This document shows positions 47,298 to 60,970 of a DNA stretch of 64,000 nucleotides, one piece after another (positions within the stretch are counted from its first letter, which is position 1; every line of letters begins with the position of its first letter). The notes under the pieces were generated by a model. It searched no databases. It was not told where the DNA came from and saw nothing but the letters and a program-made list of their open reading frames with translations. This stretch comes from Lingula anatina (taxonomy: Eukaryota; Animalia; Brachiopoda), in contig CM120642.1 in assembly GCA_051362555.1 (NCBI GenBank), forward strand, positions 28,768,001 to 28,832,000. Direction: 5' to 3'. The translations under genes were made by a program, and so were the position numbers.

Positions 47298-50200
47298 ATG
47301 GCCGCGGCAAGCGACGGTCACGCTTTCCCTTTCACTTCTCAGGTAAATTGTCGAAGATCCGCTGTAGTTTTAAGGCTAAAATATTACCTGAGGTCTAAAA
47401 ACGATGTATCTGAAGCTAAATCTTTATGCATTTTCCATGTTCGCTTAACGGAATACTAGAGGGTTGTTCTAAAGCTATGCCTCAATTTTTCTTAGAAAAG
47501 TCAGTTTTCGGCCTTATATGCTACTTATCAGGCCGAAAATGAAGACCACTTGTTTGATAAGCGATGCATTAACACGCTACAAATGATAAGAAATTTAGAA
47601 ATCATAAATCTACATCATCTCTTTTCAAAGACACAATATACTTCAGTTATAACTCAAACAGTGTTATTCCTGTGGTACAGTACATGTACACGCACTGCTC
47701 GGTACCTTACGTGTAGTGTACATGCGGTACATATGCTTTTAGTGCGCTTTTTGATGTATTTTTAAAGCAGGCTAAAATCAGGGCTTTCACTAGATCAGCA
47801 AAATATGTGAAAGACGGAGACTTACCTTCTGTCTCAAAATACTTCTTAATTGTAGTTCACCCCCCCGCCTCCTTGATGTAGGCATTTGTTCTAGTACCAG
47901 TCAATGAAATATAAGTGTTTCATGCTACAGAACCTCACCAAAATTTAATAGAAACAATCCTTATGCTGCTTCATAATTAAATAAAGCATAAAGTGAATTT
48001 CAGGACATCAAAACAGAGGTGAAGAACTTCATCCAGGGGTCTTCTACCTTCCGTAACAAGGTGAGCAGTGAGGAGCTGGCCAAATCTGCGCTGTTCCTCT
48101 TGAAAACACTTCCCTCTGCCAGACACGCCGTCCTGGAGCACCTGTGTACTGTGTTTGATGATGCTGTCAACACACACATACTGCACCTAGAGATAGGGTC
48201 CAATGTATCAGGTAGAGTGGCCTTAGTGTTTAAGTGTTTAAGTCCACAACTAAGGTAAAGACTGAATCAGTACACCTGAGGGATGTCGATAGGTTGTAAT
48301 ATCTATTGCAGGCCTTGTTTTCCTGATGAATCTGAGTGTCAGCAATATTGGCTGCCTTGGAATTCTCAGTTAATTTTTTGTTGAATTTTTGACAAAGGAA
48401 ACTGTTTGTTTATTAAAAACACATAGCCAATGAAACTGTTCTACAACAAATCTGCTCCTGTTTAATTGCAAAAAGAATTGTATCATTATGATTTTTTGAC
48501 AATGTGTGTTTTTGGGGTGGGGGAATGGGGAGGGAGAATGTAAGCTTATTAACATTAAAACAAACATTAACATTAAAACTGCAATGAATGAAGAATTTCA
48601 AAATTCCTGCTCCTGTTTGTTTCTTAGATACCAGCATGCCTAACCTAGATGCTGTCATACAAGATGCCTGCAGTGTGCTGGTCACATTTATCAAAACTAA
48701 CCCAGAGGCCTGGGCACCCATCATATCACAGGTAATACTACATCTCTAGTTACCCAAGTTGTCATCGGTGTAAGATCTCCAGAATATTAATTTTTAAAAT
48801 GTTTTTTAAATTCAATTTTATTTTATTGTATATAATTTTATAATGAGCAAAAATGTTCATTAGCTTGGTTGTTGGATAAACATGAAAATTCTCAGACACA
48901 AGCCTAAAATTTTCCGTACCGTTAGCTTACGGCCAACCTGGTTGAAGGCCAGGACCCTCTTATAAATGTCAGGTAGATCAACCCCCCCGTCCCTATTCAT
49001 GGGTGGCTGGTGTCGACTGATGTTGATAGCCTCTCATATTTTTCGCGGGATGTCGGATGATTCAGATTCAAGAATCTTAGTTGAATTCCAATCGATACTG
49101 TGGCTGGTGTCTATTACATGTTCAGAAATGGCAGAGCTGGTATTGCCTACAGTCACTGATTTCCTGTGTTCACTGACCCTGATCTTCAAAGCCCAAGGTG
49201 GGTAACCACACATCATGAGAGCCTCATCTAGTGTCTTGTTCTCCAATGTCTTGTCTTTCTCATTAGTCACGATCGCGTTGCACCTGTGTTTTAGAGTTCT
49301 TACTACCCCCAGTTTCTGATGTAATGGGTGGTGCGACTAGAAGTTTAGGTATTGGTTAGTATGGGAGGTAAGAGGGTCCTGGCCGCTATACCACCTAGTG
49401 GTCAGTGAGTGTGAACAACTACTCACGTCAGTCTGATGAAGGCCTTTGACCAGGTTGGCCGTAAGCTAACGGTATGGAAAATTTTAGGCTTGTGTCTGAG
49501 AATTTTCATGTTTATGATTTTATGATGTTTTGGGATATTTGGAAATTGTTTGTCATGTTCAGAGAAGAGAATAATAGATGCAAGGTAACACTAGTATTTA
49601 ATCTTCTTTAGATGAATTTTCAGACATCAATCACCCAGAATTCCGCGTTTTTTAATTCAGTTCTGATGGTTCTTGATATTCATCTTGTCTGAGATTCCAT
49701 AAATGTTCAGTTTTTTTTAACCTGGGCTCATGTCTGATGTTACTCCAAACATTAAAATCCTTTTTATTTTCTATCGTATTTATTTCACTTACCTATTGGA
49801 TCTAAATGTCCTCCTTTTCCAGCAATGTTTTTGCCTGCACACGAATATCTCACATTTAAGTGAAGTAAGTAGATTAAAAAAGCCTAATGTGATCATTGCT
49901 AATTTCAGTGGTCCATCAACCTATTGGGTCAGATAAGCAGCAAGTACTCGGAGAGGAGGGCTGTGCCCCACTCTGCCAGTCTCAGTGAGTTATTACAGCT
50001 GTGGATGACATGCCTGGCTACCAAGACCCTCATGGAGCTGGCATCTGAATGTTTTGCTGCTATGTAAGTATTCATTAAAGAATTTTGCAGATTTCAGTGA
50101 TTATGAATCTAAGTTTTTGCTTGTGGAAAGCTCCATACTCTTATTCTTTTATTCAAACAGCTATATAACCTTATGATCATATTTCATTTGTTTAAACACA

Positions 50201-53200
50201 ATCGCTTATTTATTTATTTTATTTATTTATTTATTTATTTTTGTAATTTTTCATTTGTGCAATTTATTTCATATTTTTCTAGAACATCAACTTGTTTTAT
50301 TTTATTAGGATCAGTGGATCAGCAGATGTTTGTGTCAGTGCATTACTAGAGGCTTCTGTCAAGTATTCTCCACACTTTGACTGGGTTGTGGCTCATCTTG
50401 GGTGAGTAAATTTCACAGGCAGAACTCTTAATGTTTTTCATGGGCTAATTACAAAAACTCCTAAAAAAATACTAGTAAAAATAATAAGAAGAAATGGCAA
50501 TTACAGGTGAGCTTGGTAATGCATTAGAAAGAAAAAAAGTATACACTGACATTTTAGTAGCTGGTGTTTTAGTGATTGTTATCCATTATTTTGGAACAAA
50601 ATATTAGTGAAACTAGTGAAACATAGACACTTTGTTCTTCTAACAAAGGCATCATCATCAGGCTGAATGCCCGAAGGTCATTGGGTGTTGGTGAGGGATT
50701 CTCACTTGGGATAGTTATTGAAACTTGACTGTTTCACTTATACCTTGTTCCAAAGTGAGTGATAACTGTCACTAAAGCATCAGTTAAAACAACTCCTTGG
50801 AAAGATGCACAATCTTATTGATGATATAGATTAGAGTATATCAATATATTTATTTTCCTTGCCCTCCAACCAGCTCCTGCTTCCCACAGACCATCATCAC
50901 CAGGGTGCTCATGTGTGGCCTGAAGGACTTCTGTTACCATGGCAGCAACCAATCAGACATGCCATCTTCCGAGAAAGTTCCCAAGATGGCGTCAGTGGTG
51001 GGAATTCTGGGACACCTGGCTGGGCAGCATGGCCAGAATATCAGGAAGGCTTTGCTGGGACTGTTTGAGGTAAGACGAAAACTATTACCCAAGACTACTT
51101 CATCTAGATATTTGTATAACTAACTGTTAACAGACTGTTAAGATATTTGTATATTTTACTGTTAGCAGGCACTTAATGACCGACTGTAAGTGTTTGGCAG
51201 TTTTTCGCATCGAAGCTAAATAATGAAAATAACATTGTATAAATGCAGGAATCGGATGCATATGTCCATTAAAAACTAACTCATAGATATGAATTTATAT
51301 GGAATAAAAAGGAGGTGTGGGTTTGTATGAACATGTTATGTAGTTATGTATCATGTTGAATTATACTCCAGGAAAGCCTGAGGCCTGATGCAGATGCCAT
51401 GCAGCTGTCCACTGTCCCATTCCTGCTTCAGCTGGCTTCTATGTCCAACATGCTGTTACAGGTGCTGACCACTGATATTGTCCATACTTGTAAGTCAGTT
51501 TATGAAGTCACTGTTTTAGCAACTTAGATTACACAAACATGCAAATTCAGCAATGACATTAAGTAACATGTTGATTGTGATGCTCACTGTTTAAATTTAC
51601 AATACATTAATGAAAGAAACAGATTTTTCAGTAAAAGTCAGAAAATTCATGAATCGTCTGGAAGTACACTTGACTTTAAACAGATAAATTCCATAAGGGA
51701 ATTGCCAGTATGAAGTTTGATGCTGATCTCAGAGGGTATATTGTTTTGTTAAATATCTGTTTTAGTATCCACCAGTGCAATGAACAAGTTGTCCAAACAG
51801 TTCACTGAGCAGAAATCTCCCAGCATGCAAGACACTGCAGGGTAAGATCACTTCGTGATAAAAAAAATGAATGAGCTTAAATTGCTAATGGTCCTGCAGC
51901 CATTCAGGTGGTAAAGTGATCACACACAGATTTTTAATTTAAAAATATTACATGAGACAACATTTTTTGTGGTAATTGAGAAATGAAAGTAGTTTAGAGA
52001 CATGTGTTTTCTTTTTAGATTGAGAGTTATGTGTATTAACTAAAACAGTCACTTAATGAATAATGTTGCATGTAGATATGTTATAATACTGCCACTGAGA
52101 TTTAGATTAATGCTGAGAAGTAACAGTAATATAAAACTGTACCCCTGTGTATTTAGATTGTTAAGTCTGGTGGTACATCTAATCACAAGGAGCAGTGAGG
52201 GAGCATACAAGTTGTTACAGTTCTTACTGGACTCTGCAGTGTGGAGCCCGGAGCAAGGTAATTGAAAATAATTGTGGATTTGATTGTAGTTATGATTTTT
52301 CCTGTGAATTAATATTATTGTTTGTGTTGTTACTGTTGTTGTTGTTATTGTTGTTGTTCTTGTTTTTTCTTCTTATTATTATTATTTGAGATGTAGGAAT
52401 ACAATTGATTTAACAGTCAGTATGGTGTAATAGCCTTGTGTCCAAGAGTCTAAACTAATTTTGGGGATCAGTATCTGCATAGGTTTCAGACTTTCTGCAA
52501 ATAAATGAACTATATTGAAAACACATCTTTAAAGATCAATTATGATGGATAAAAGGTGCCAAGCTTTCAGCTTGTGTGCCTTCTTCAGGGACCAAAATAA
52601 ATCAACCAGTATTCATAAACATATGGATCAGTTTGACTGGACTGTACTTATTGAGATTGTATTGTACACACTGTCCATCCTGTACATGTGTATTTCAGAC
52701 TCTATGGACTGCGAAGACCCTCTCTCTGCCAAAGTACGACACACCTGCTCTGTGGTGATGGTGAGTGAAAGATTAAAAGAAAAATAATTAATTAACAAAG
52801 ATGAGTTAAATCAAAGTATGGGTCCCTTTTAAAAATCAGTATGATTTATGAACTGAAAATTATTAAGTTATAAGCTTTCATGTTTGGTTGTGAGATAATT
52901 GTATGGTAGCAAAATTCTGCTAAACCCTTCCTTTTATTGTTTTATCTATTTTTTAACACCATTTATAATTTATTTAAAAAAAATTAACAGATGTCAGTAT
53001 CATTTTTTTTCACACTACATTAGGACCAGTTGGTAATTGACCTACAGCAGATTATCCACAGGAAAGGCAGCAACCCTTCCACTGAGATTCCATTCCTAGC
53101 AGCTCTCCAAGGCCACGCAGTACACCTGGCAGATAAACTTATGGCTGACACCAATAGTAAAAGGTACTTTCTTACCTGGTGTTATTTTCCACAGATCTAC

Positions 53201-56200
53201 TTTATATCTGATGGTAGTAACTTGCATTTAAGTATTAACGTATCATGGAATGATTTTCAGCGATTTTTTTCTTGATTGTAATGGTTACTATCATAAACTT
53301 AAGGATCTTATTATCAGCTTGACCTACAGCAAAAAAATTTGGATTTTTTAAAATACTTTTTCAAAAAACAAAACAAAGTCAAACTGTTTACTAAAAAGAA
53401 CATTTAGCAAATTGTTTGATCAGAATAAATGACAATGATATTTTGTTCACTTCCCTGCCCAGGTGTTCTTGGCTGTCCAAGCTGCTGTGTCAGGTGGGGT
53501 TGTACTGTGGCATCACCAGTGCCTCAGACATACTCTGCCATATAGTAGTCAATGCCACAGACATGGAAAAGGTGAGTTATACTGACATTCCACTTTAACT
53601 GCATTTTCTCTCTCAGACCTTATAATATGATTATAATGACACATCTGTCTTCACAGAGTAGATATATATATGTTAAAGACTCAAATTTGTACATAAGTGA
53701 AACGAGAGACTCATTGCTCTCATTTATTATATAAAGTCTTCATGTTATGATATTGACTTTTTCATTCAGTTGAACATATTTATTGAAATGAAATGTGAAA
53801 TGGAGACGCGTTTGCCTGATGTCACACCTAACACAATCCAGAAGGCAATGGAGCGCCTCCAGCCTCATTATGACGTGGATGTAGCCAAGATGATCCACAA
53901 CCTGCTCTGCATCATCAAGTGGGAGAGACAGACAGGATTAGAGTTGGACTCAAACAAGTATGTTCTTTTAGAATGCTGACTCTAAATGAATCTTTTTAAG
54001 AAAGAAGTTTTTGTTGTTGATAATGTAGGAATTTTCTGTTAATCCTGTAATAATGACAGATGTGCCTAGTTACAAACTTGATGAAAAAAAGGTAACCTCA
54101 TTGAATAAGATGGACAATAGTGCAAAAATCTACATGAGATAGTTTTTAAATTTTGGTATTGATATGCACTTTCTAATTCAAATTCCTCATTAGTTCCGTG
54201 TTTAGCTGCATGAAAAACCATGTGGTTGACTTGGCAACTCAGTTGCTAAGGCACGATGTGAGCATCTCCATGGCAACCATTGAGCTGTTAGCAACCCTGA
54301 GGTTAACCAAAGCACTTAGCAGTAGTGTCAGTCTTAAGTTGGCTGGTTTGGTGGTCCATTTTTTCTTCAATGCCCTCTTTGAAAAAGGTAAGCAACAACT
54401 ATATGCAGGATAAAGCTGAATTTGAGCCAGAAAAAAAAAATGATAACTTGATTTTGTAAAGGATGTCCGGGGTAATGCTAACTCTGAAATTCAAGTATCT
54501 TTGACAATATGAAACAAAATGTATATTTTATCCCAAACTATTTTGAACCATCTATTTCTTTTATTCCTCAGGAGGTGTTGTTTTAACTATTTCAGATGCA
54601 AGTAAGAAGGGTCATTGCCTAGGTTACTGTAGGAAATTCATCAAGTGTTTATGCCAGCACCCAGAGGTGAGACAGATGATGGTGAGATTTCTGCTGGAGG
54701 CTGCAGTGTCACAGGTAATAAACTGATGCTAACTTTTCTGGTCAAATATTGCTACAGCAAGAGTCGACTTACATTTCCACTCTTATCATCTGACTGTTTA
54801 TTTAGACATTTCTGTATTAAGAGAACGAAAACCTTTCAAATATTCCCAGTTCATCATAATCATTGAAGCGGTCTTAGTCCCAAAGCTTATAATTGATAAA
54901 AATCATAATTGATATAAATTTACTGTTGACTACAATTATTGTTATAATTTAGGAGTATTCTGCTGCTCTTGGTGGGAAGTTTGACCCATTGACCTCTGCC
55001 GAGTCTGTCAAAGTAACCCGTCCTAAGCCAATGATATTGGAAGCCAATAGAAAACACTCTGTGTACATGGCACTGCCTCAGTCACATGCCTCTGTGTTCC
55101 ATGCTGGAGTCATCGGAAAAGGATTGAAGAAACAAATAGATACACCTATACTTACCAAGGTTAATAAGTTGTGAAATTAAGATTAATATGTGACTACCCA
55201 CTTGGTTCATCTTGATGAGATTAGAAAGGGGCATAAAGTAACATGTAGAGACACCAACATTAAACAAGTTTTCTTATGATCCACTGTCCTTACACACACC
55301 AATTAAAACATATATCTTATAATAATAATGATGTTGATAATGATTAAAAAAAAATTTCATAATTACTGTATTTTCATTCTTCTAGGCCCAGGTGTTTGCC
55401 AACAGACAGTTCTTCTCTGAGGTCATCTGTGACTGTTGTTTCAACCAAGGACCAACTCCCCAGGGTCTGTACCCCCAGTCGGACAGCAGCTCTAGTAGAG
55501 ACACCTATCTCACTCTGGTCCAGGGGAAACCAGTCAGTGAGCAGACAGAGCAGGCACTGAAGACACTAGCGCTCCTGGTGGTGGAGTTGACAACTATGGA
55601 TGTGCTGTACAATGGTCTGCACTGGCCAGAGGAGAGATGGATGGAATTCACTGTGGAGAGGTGGGTGTGAGTTTGAACAGGTGGGTGTTAGACGGGTGTG
55701 GATGTGAGGGGTGAGTGTGGGTTTGAGTGGGTGGAGACCATTGTGCTGTAGGGGAGGGAATGGGGTTTGGGAATAGCAGGGTAGGGAGTTGTCCTGGGGG
55801 GGGGGGGGGGAGGGAGGAATTTCCTAAAATCGTGCAGGGGAGAGAGGACAAAGACTTGTGGAGAAGTAAAAATATGAAAATCCGAGGCTGTATATAGCTT
55901 TTAAAAAAGAAATTGTTAAGATATAGTTAAGAGATATATATTTGAAAAATAATGGAATTTTTAAAACCCTATTTCTAGGAATCTCTTTACAAGAAAAAAG
56001 ATAGAAGCTTACCCAGTTTTATGGAACATGTTGGACATCATATCATATGGTAAGTTGTTGATTATTAAAAGATGATAAGTTGTCATATAAGATATCTTGG
56101 ATGCTTTAATTAAGATACATTTTCTCCATTAAGTGGCACAACCTTGACAGCCAGTGTTTTTATCTTTCAGACTATTCTGCCCTTAGTCAGTGTTCCTGTG

Positions 56201-57256
56201 TACTGCGTGGTATGGCGGCTGCCATGATGGCATTCTGGGAAGGTGCGCGAGACAAGATGGCCAGCAACACACCCAAGCAGCTGGAGCTCTCATGTAGACT
56301 CATAGAAGTCATGGGGAAGGTAACAGAACATATAAAGATTTTTCTTCTAGTTTATTCTAGTTCTTGTTTATAGTGATATATGCAGGGATGCTAGTCTTCC
56401 GGTTTTTACCGGAATTCCGGTTTTTTGCGTCCAGTTATAAAATTTTCTGGTACTATATTTTGTTCCGGAATTCTCGTTTTTAATGTGGTCGCGGACTGGA
56501 CGAACGATGCGTCAGAGGAACGTCGCATTTCAACCATTGCGACAGAGCTGCGTTTCAACACAATATCTAGTCACAACTGTAGCACGTGATTTATTTATGG
56601 CGCTTGATTGGTTGGAAATGTTGGCTTTAATGTCGGCACCCATGTGGAAAGTTTTGACACCGCGTGCGCGGAATTTTGAACTAAACCAAACTAAATGGAT
56701 TTCGCGGAGAGGGGAACAGACGATATTAGAAACATCGACATTACTGTCAAAAATAGATTTAGTTGGAGTTGGCTGGAGGAAAAGGACAATAATGACGATT
56801 TTTTTTCTACCTATGTTCGGAAGCGAAAGTCCCCCGGAGAAGCTTGGTGTGTATGGTGCAACGACGTGATCCGGTACGGAAGCAGTGGTTAAAAAGCTCT
56901 GAAAAACCATGCTAAAACAACTAAGCATGCCAAAGCACGTAGTTGTCTTTACACATTTTTGTTGCTTGGGCATTACCACGAAAGCCATTACCAATCTTTG
57001 AAAATGATAAATGAAAGGGATTAACATTTAGTGACTATCATTATCATGCTGGTGATTATCAAGCTTACGTGAGGGATCATTACTGTCTACTATGGGTGGT
57101 AGGTATTTATGTACTGATGGCACTTCCATCTTGTCAATGTCAAGATTATCCTTGGAAACAACTGTTGAAAATTACCATGAAGTTGTGATGACATATATTG
57201 CAATATATTTATTAAATAAAATTTGAAATATAGTAATTGTTTCATAATCAATTTGT

Positions 57257-57314
<58 letters not shown>

Positions 57315-58190
57315 TCTTTGCCAAAAAAAAGTTCAGGTTTTCTTTCCGGACCCCACTAGCATCCCTGTATATGTATTTTGTCACAGAGTGAATAATAGAT
57401 TTTAGAAGTAAATTTAACTTGTCTTTTTATTAGAGTTTGACCAAGTAAAGTGGATTCAATGCTTTCCGTTTTCAGCTAATGTATTGTTTGCCTTTGAGAA
57501 GACTGAAAATTCAATTATTGAATATTTCAGGGTGGCCTCCTTCCTCCACCACTGTCCTATATAGGGGAAATCTTCCCCCTGTTAACTCCATATGAAGTGA
57601 ACTTACTGCTGTTAAGTGTGTGGAGGTATATGAAGGAGAATCCCCCTATACCTATGATCAATGATGAGGGAGTTATGGATAGGCGTAAGTGGACAGAATT
57701 GTTTAAGATATGTCAGGGATTGAGCAAGATCTGTAGTGGAATATTACATTAAGAAGGAAATTGTTTGGTAGCATATAAAATTATACATCATGCAAAGTGC
57801 TGATTTTGCATTGTACACCAGGCATTTATAGGTGTTAGTGCAGTTATATAAGACAATCTGTGTGTTAGTTGTGGCATATTTGCAGTGTGTTAGTAGTGAC
57901 ATATTTGCAGTGTGTTAGCTGTGACATATTTGCAATGTGTGAGGTGTGTCATGTTTTCAGTGTGTTAGGGGTGACATGTTTGTATTGTGTTAGTTGTGAA
58001 ACAGTTTTAGTTAATTGTTGTATTGTATCAGGATGTGCTGTATTGTGAAATAGTAACCTTTGATTTGTTCACATTTCCAGCATGTGGCCCTGAGCACACA
58101 GAAGTGATCCGCTCCATTCTACACAGTAATATTGGAAAACTGGGACATCTGTACGCCAGGTTCTTCACAGAGCACAAAGAGAAGACTTGA
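47298..58190 (+). CDS. INTS5: Integrator complex subunit 5, ~957 aa, 21 coding exons
   Basis: Exons 47298-47342, 48004-48211, 48628-48731, 49909-50063, 50309-50401, 50874-51069, 51372-51489, 51766-51841, 52157-52257, 52699-52760, 53024-53163, 53463-53571, 53770-53957, 54194-54387, 54596-54714, 54953-55159, 55386-55660, 55979-56049, 56171-56319, 57531-57684, 58081-58190 (2874 nt, all GT-AG, in frame). Motifs [71 protein letters not shown]...TVER, LLPPPL match INTS5. Confidence 0.95.
48876..49515 (-). mobile_element. Penelope-like retroelement (RT C-terminus + GIY-YIG remnant), 5'-truncated and internally deleted, with inverted pLTR
   Basis: Minus strand encodes [23 protein letters not shown]...GYP (PLE RT end) fused to RVSEHRK...SAISEH...HSIDW...KIL...RKI*EAINI...MNRDGG (GIY-YIG C-terminal half). 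75-bp inverted arms 48876-48950 and 49441-49515 (72/75 identical by my count). Confidence 0.9.
49425..49475 (+). ncRNA. Minimal hammerhead-ribozyme-like motif (variant core) in the Penelope pLTR
   Basis: CTGATGA (49433-49439), A, GGCC...GGCC stem II, then GTAA in place of GAAA, then palindromic AGCT and A; stem I pairing is imperfect. Location matches known PLE pLTR hammerheads. Confidence 0.5.
56383..57367 (+). mobile_element. Deleted hAT-like DNA transposon with zinc-finger remnant in INTS5 intron 19
   Basis: TIRs CAGGGATGCTAGT ... ACTAGCATCCCTG; TATATG on both flanks; internal frame FSWSWL...RK...GEAWCVWC...[17 protein letters not shown] (BED-like C2H2 finger with a stop); long poly-C near the right end. 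Confidence 0.85.
57861..58000. repeat. 25-bp minisatellite, ~5.5 copies
   Basis: TGTGTTAGTTGTG(G/A)CATATTTGCAG units at 57861, 57886, 57911, 57936, 57961 and 57986. Confidence 0.9.
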
Positions 58191-58750
58191 ATGACACCTG
58201 CAAAATAGACATTTGGCTTAAGCTATATGTTTTCAGGCCTATTTATGGTGTCTGTTAAGATTGGAAGTAGAGTTCTACCCATCAGAACTATGGCTGCGTT
58301 AGCATTGCCAGTGCTGGCAAGAAAATATTCTCTAGTCAGCTGTTGGTCAAAATGTTCTTACCTTAATAGGTGGGTATTTTTAATATCAAGTATTCAGGGA
58401 GTGTCAGGAATTTAGGAAGGGATGTCCAAAGTCCCCACCAGTGAGATCTGAAATTGTGTTATTGGGATGTGTGGTGCAAAACCCACAGTGCCATTGTGCT
58501 GGAGAAGACGGGCATATTGCGTTAGGTGAGACCACACTTGTGTAGAAAAACGGTATTGTTACGCTGGATACCAGCCAATACACTCGTTTGAAAGTGAACA
58601 ATTCAATACCTCCGAAACTTTCTGTAGGACACACTTTCAGTGGAATGATTTTTATCTACTGAGCTGGCAGTTTTCAAGCAGATGTTCATAATTTAAAGCC
58701 AGGACAAAAATGAATGAGAAAATGGAAATGTATGGATAACGTTTGCAATT

Positions 58751-58756
58751 AATAAA
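58751..58756 (+). terminator. Candidate INTS5 polyadenylation signal
   Basis: AATAAA 560 nt after the stop codon, followed by T/GT-rich sequence. Confidence 0.5.
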
Positions 58757-60934
58757 GAATGCGTTTACTCTCTGAAGATGTGTTTTCCTTATCAGTTTAT
58801 AAAAGCTTCTAAAAGCTTAATGAAATTTTTTAATATTTGCTGATCAAAGCTACATGAAATGCTACTTGCAATGTAGCAATCCTTATCAGAGGAAGGTGGG
58901 TATTTATAGCGTCCGCTCTGACTTATTTACACAGTTGAAGTGGCTGCCATCTGGATGTGTATGCACCACTTCCCCGATTCATTTAAGACCAAGTGAGCGA
59001 ATCTTTTGTCGCATAAAGTAAGGCTTTGTGGTTCTTTACCATTGCATGACTTACAAGTGCAGTTTCTGAAACATTTAAAACCCAACGATTGTTTGAAAAA
59101 AGACTGAAAGATAATTTGAGGAACTTTATAATATCGACATCTGGCAATAAATTTCAATTGGCTACTTCAATATTAAGCCATCCAAATTATTTAGGGTTAT
59201 ATTTTGAATGGGAAAAGGGGATGGGGGGAGGCAGTAAGACTTTTATTTGCATCTTAAATTATGTTAAGATACTAACCGTTTGACCAGTGGACTTCAAAAG
59301 GTCATTACAAAAATACCACATTTTGTTTATTCGATGCGCACTTACTGACAAAACAAAATCGTTCCACGAGAGAAGTGGGCGACCCTCACGCCAAAAGGTT
59401 AAGTTTGCGGTCATAGCGTTTTTGGACCTGCGTAGGTGTTTGTGAAATATTTGACCCCCATATTTAAAAAAACAGTTGTGTAAGTACCTGTGGCGCTTTG
59501 AAACGGGAAAACGTATTGGCACTTAATGCGTCTTTTTTTTTCTGAATCACAGTCTGCATTATACGCTAATATCTTCTTCCTGTTCAATTTAGCGCGTTCG
59601 TGATTTCTTGGAAATTGAGATCAAGAAATCCCTCCGATCAATTTTTTTCTGTCAAGCAGTATTAAGGCGAGAATATATAAACCAAGCAACTGTGACCATA
59701 TTTCACTCTCAGTTGTATCGGACGTCACTCGCTCATTAAGTTGCATGCTAAATTGTATTTTATTTAGATTTCTACTTCCAGGGATTCCTCGATCACCAGA
59801 ATGAAAAAAAAACATTTTCCCGATTATTATTCACCTCGTCTTTTAGTCTGTGTATATATAAATGTGAGGTCATACATACACCTCTATTTTCAGTTTCACA
59901 CAGCGTAAGCCTAAATCAATGTACATGATAGATTTATATTAGTTTTGGAATATTTTTGCTTCTCGAAAATCAAAACGTTTCCATCAATCAATCGACTGGT
60001 ATTTTGCTACAGAACGCCCACATTTCAGAGAATTTCAATCCACTCTTTACGATACTGCACGCACGGATCACAAACGCACCGACTCCTTCAAATTCGGGGC
60101 ACCTTGCCACAGTTTCGACGTAAGCGTTGGAAGTCGCTTACGGTTTTTTTTCCAGCATGACTGAGCTAGGTAGCTTAATGGCAAGACCTTTTTGAACACG
60201 ACGCAGGAAACACATGTTGATTCATATCTTATGTTCATCTCGGTACATCAAATGCCTGGCAGTGCAAGGGCATGTCTTGAGAGTGTTTCATTTGTTTTAA
60301 TAAACACCTCAGTTTACCTTTATGAGTATACATTACTTTCTTTCGTGGTCTTGAATCGGGTACGCCTCCCTACTCAGATTCAATTAATGTCTTTTAATTT
60401 CGCTTTTCTTTCAGTCCTGTTTTTATCCTTAACGCTTTATTCGTTAACTTTAAATTTACTCTGAAATTTTTGTGCTCAAACCTGATTCGCTCCACAAACC
60501 CTCGTGGCTGTCTTTGAGACAGATGTTTGCTATGATTTCTTTTAGACAGTTATGAGAAAATGGTAATGGATTTGAAAGAAATTCATAACAGCGAGGGTAT
60601 TTATGATAAATGCAATCTGATTTTCCCTTTCACACAATAAATCATGACGATAGTATTGATGGTGTTGTGCGCAGTTCTTATGACCATTAGTATATAATAT
60701 TATATATTATTTTACTTTAACCCAGCGACCCAAAAGGGGAGTAACCACAACATAAATTTATGTTAGATACAAAAGTTTGATAGCTACAGGCGACGTTATA
60801 TCATAACGAATTAGCCCCCCCCCCCCCACACACACACACAAACACACGTACACACGCACACACTTTTTAATCAAGTCAGTCGAAAGTGCGGGAAGCGTGG
60901 TGTGATTGAGGAACCCCTCACCTTCCACACACAT

Positions 60935-60970
<36 letters not shown>

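Noticed and set aside
57172-57405. Poly-Gly/poly-Pro ORFs
   Set aside because: Translation of the poly-C tract inside the hAT-like element.
57861-58000. Regularly spaced repeats as a CRISPR-like array
   Set aside because: Contiguous 25-bp units with no unique spacers, in a eukaryotic intron with no cas genes; ordinary minisatellite. The 62817-62992 repeats have only microsatellite spacers.
59340-59530. CDE/CHR-like TGGCGCTTTGAA and a minus-strand donor suggesting another gene
   Set aside because: No linked coding exons found; short motifs are expected by chance.
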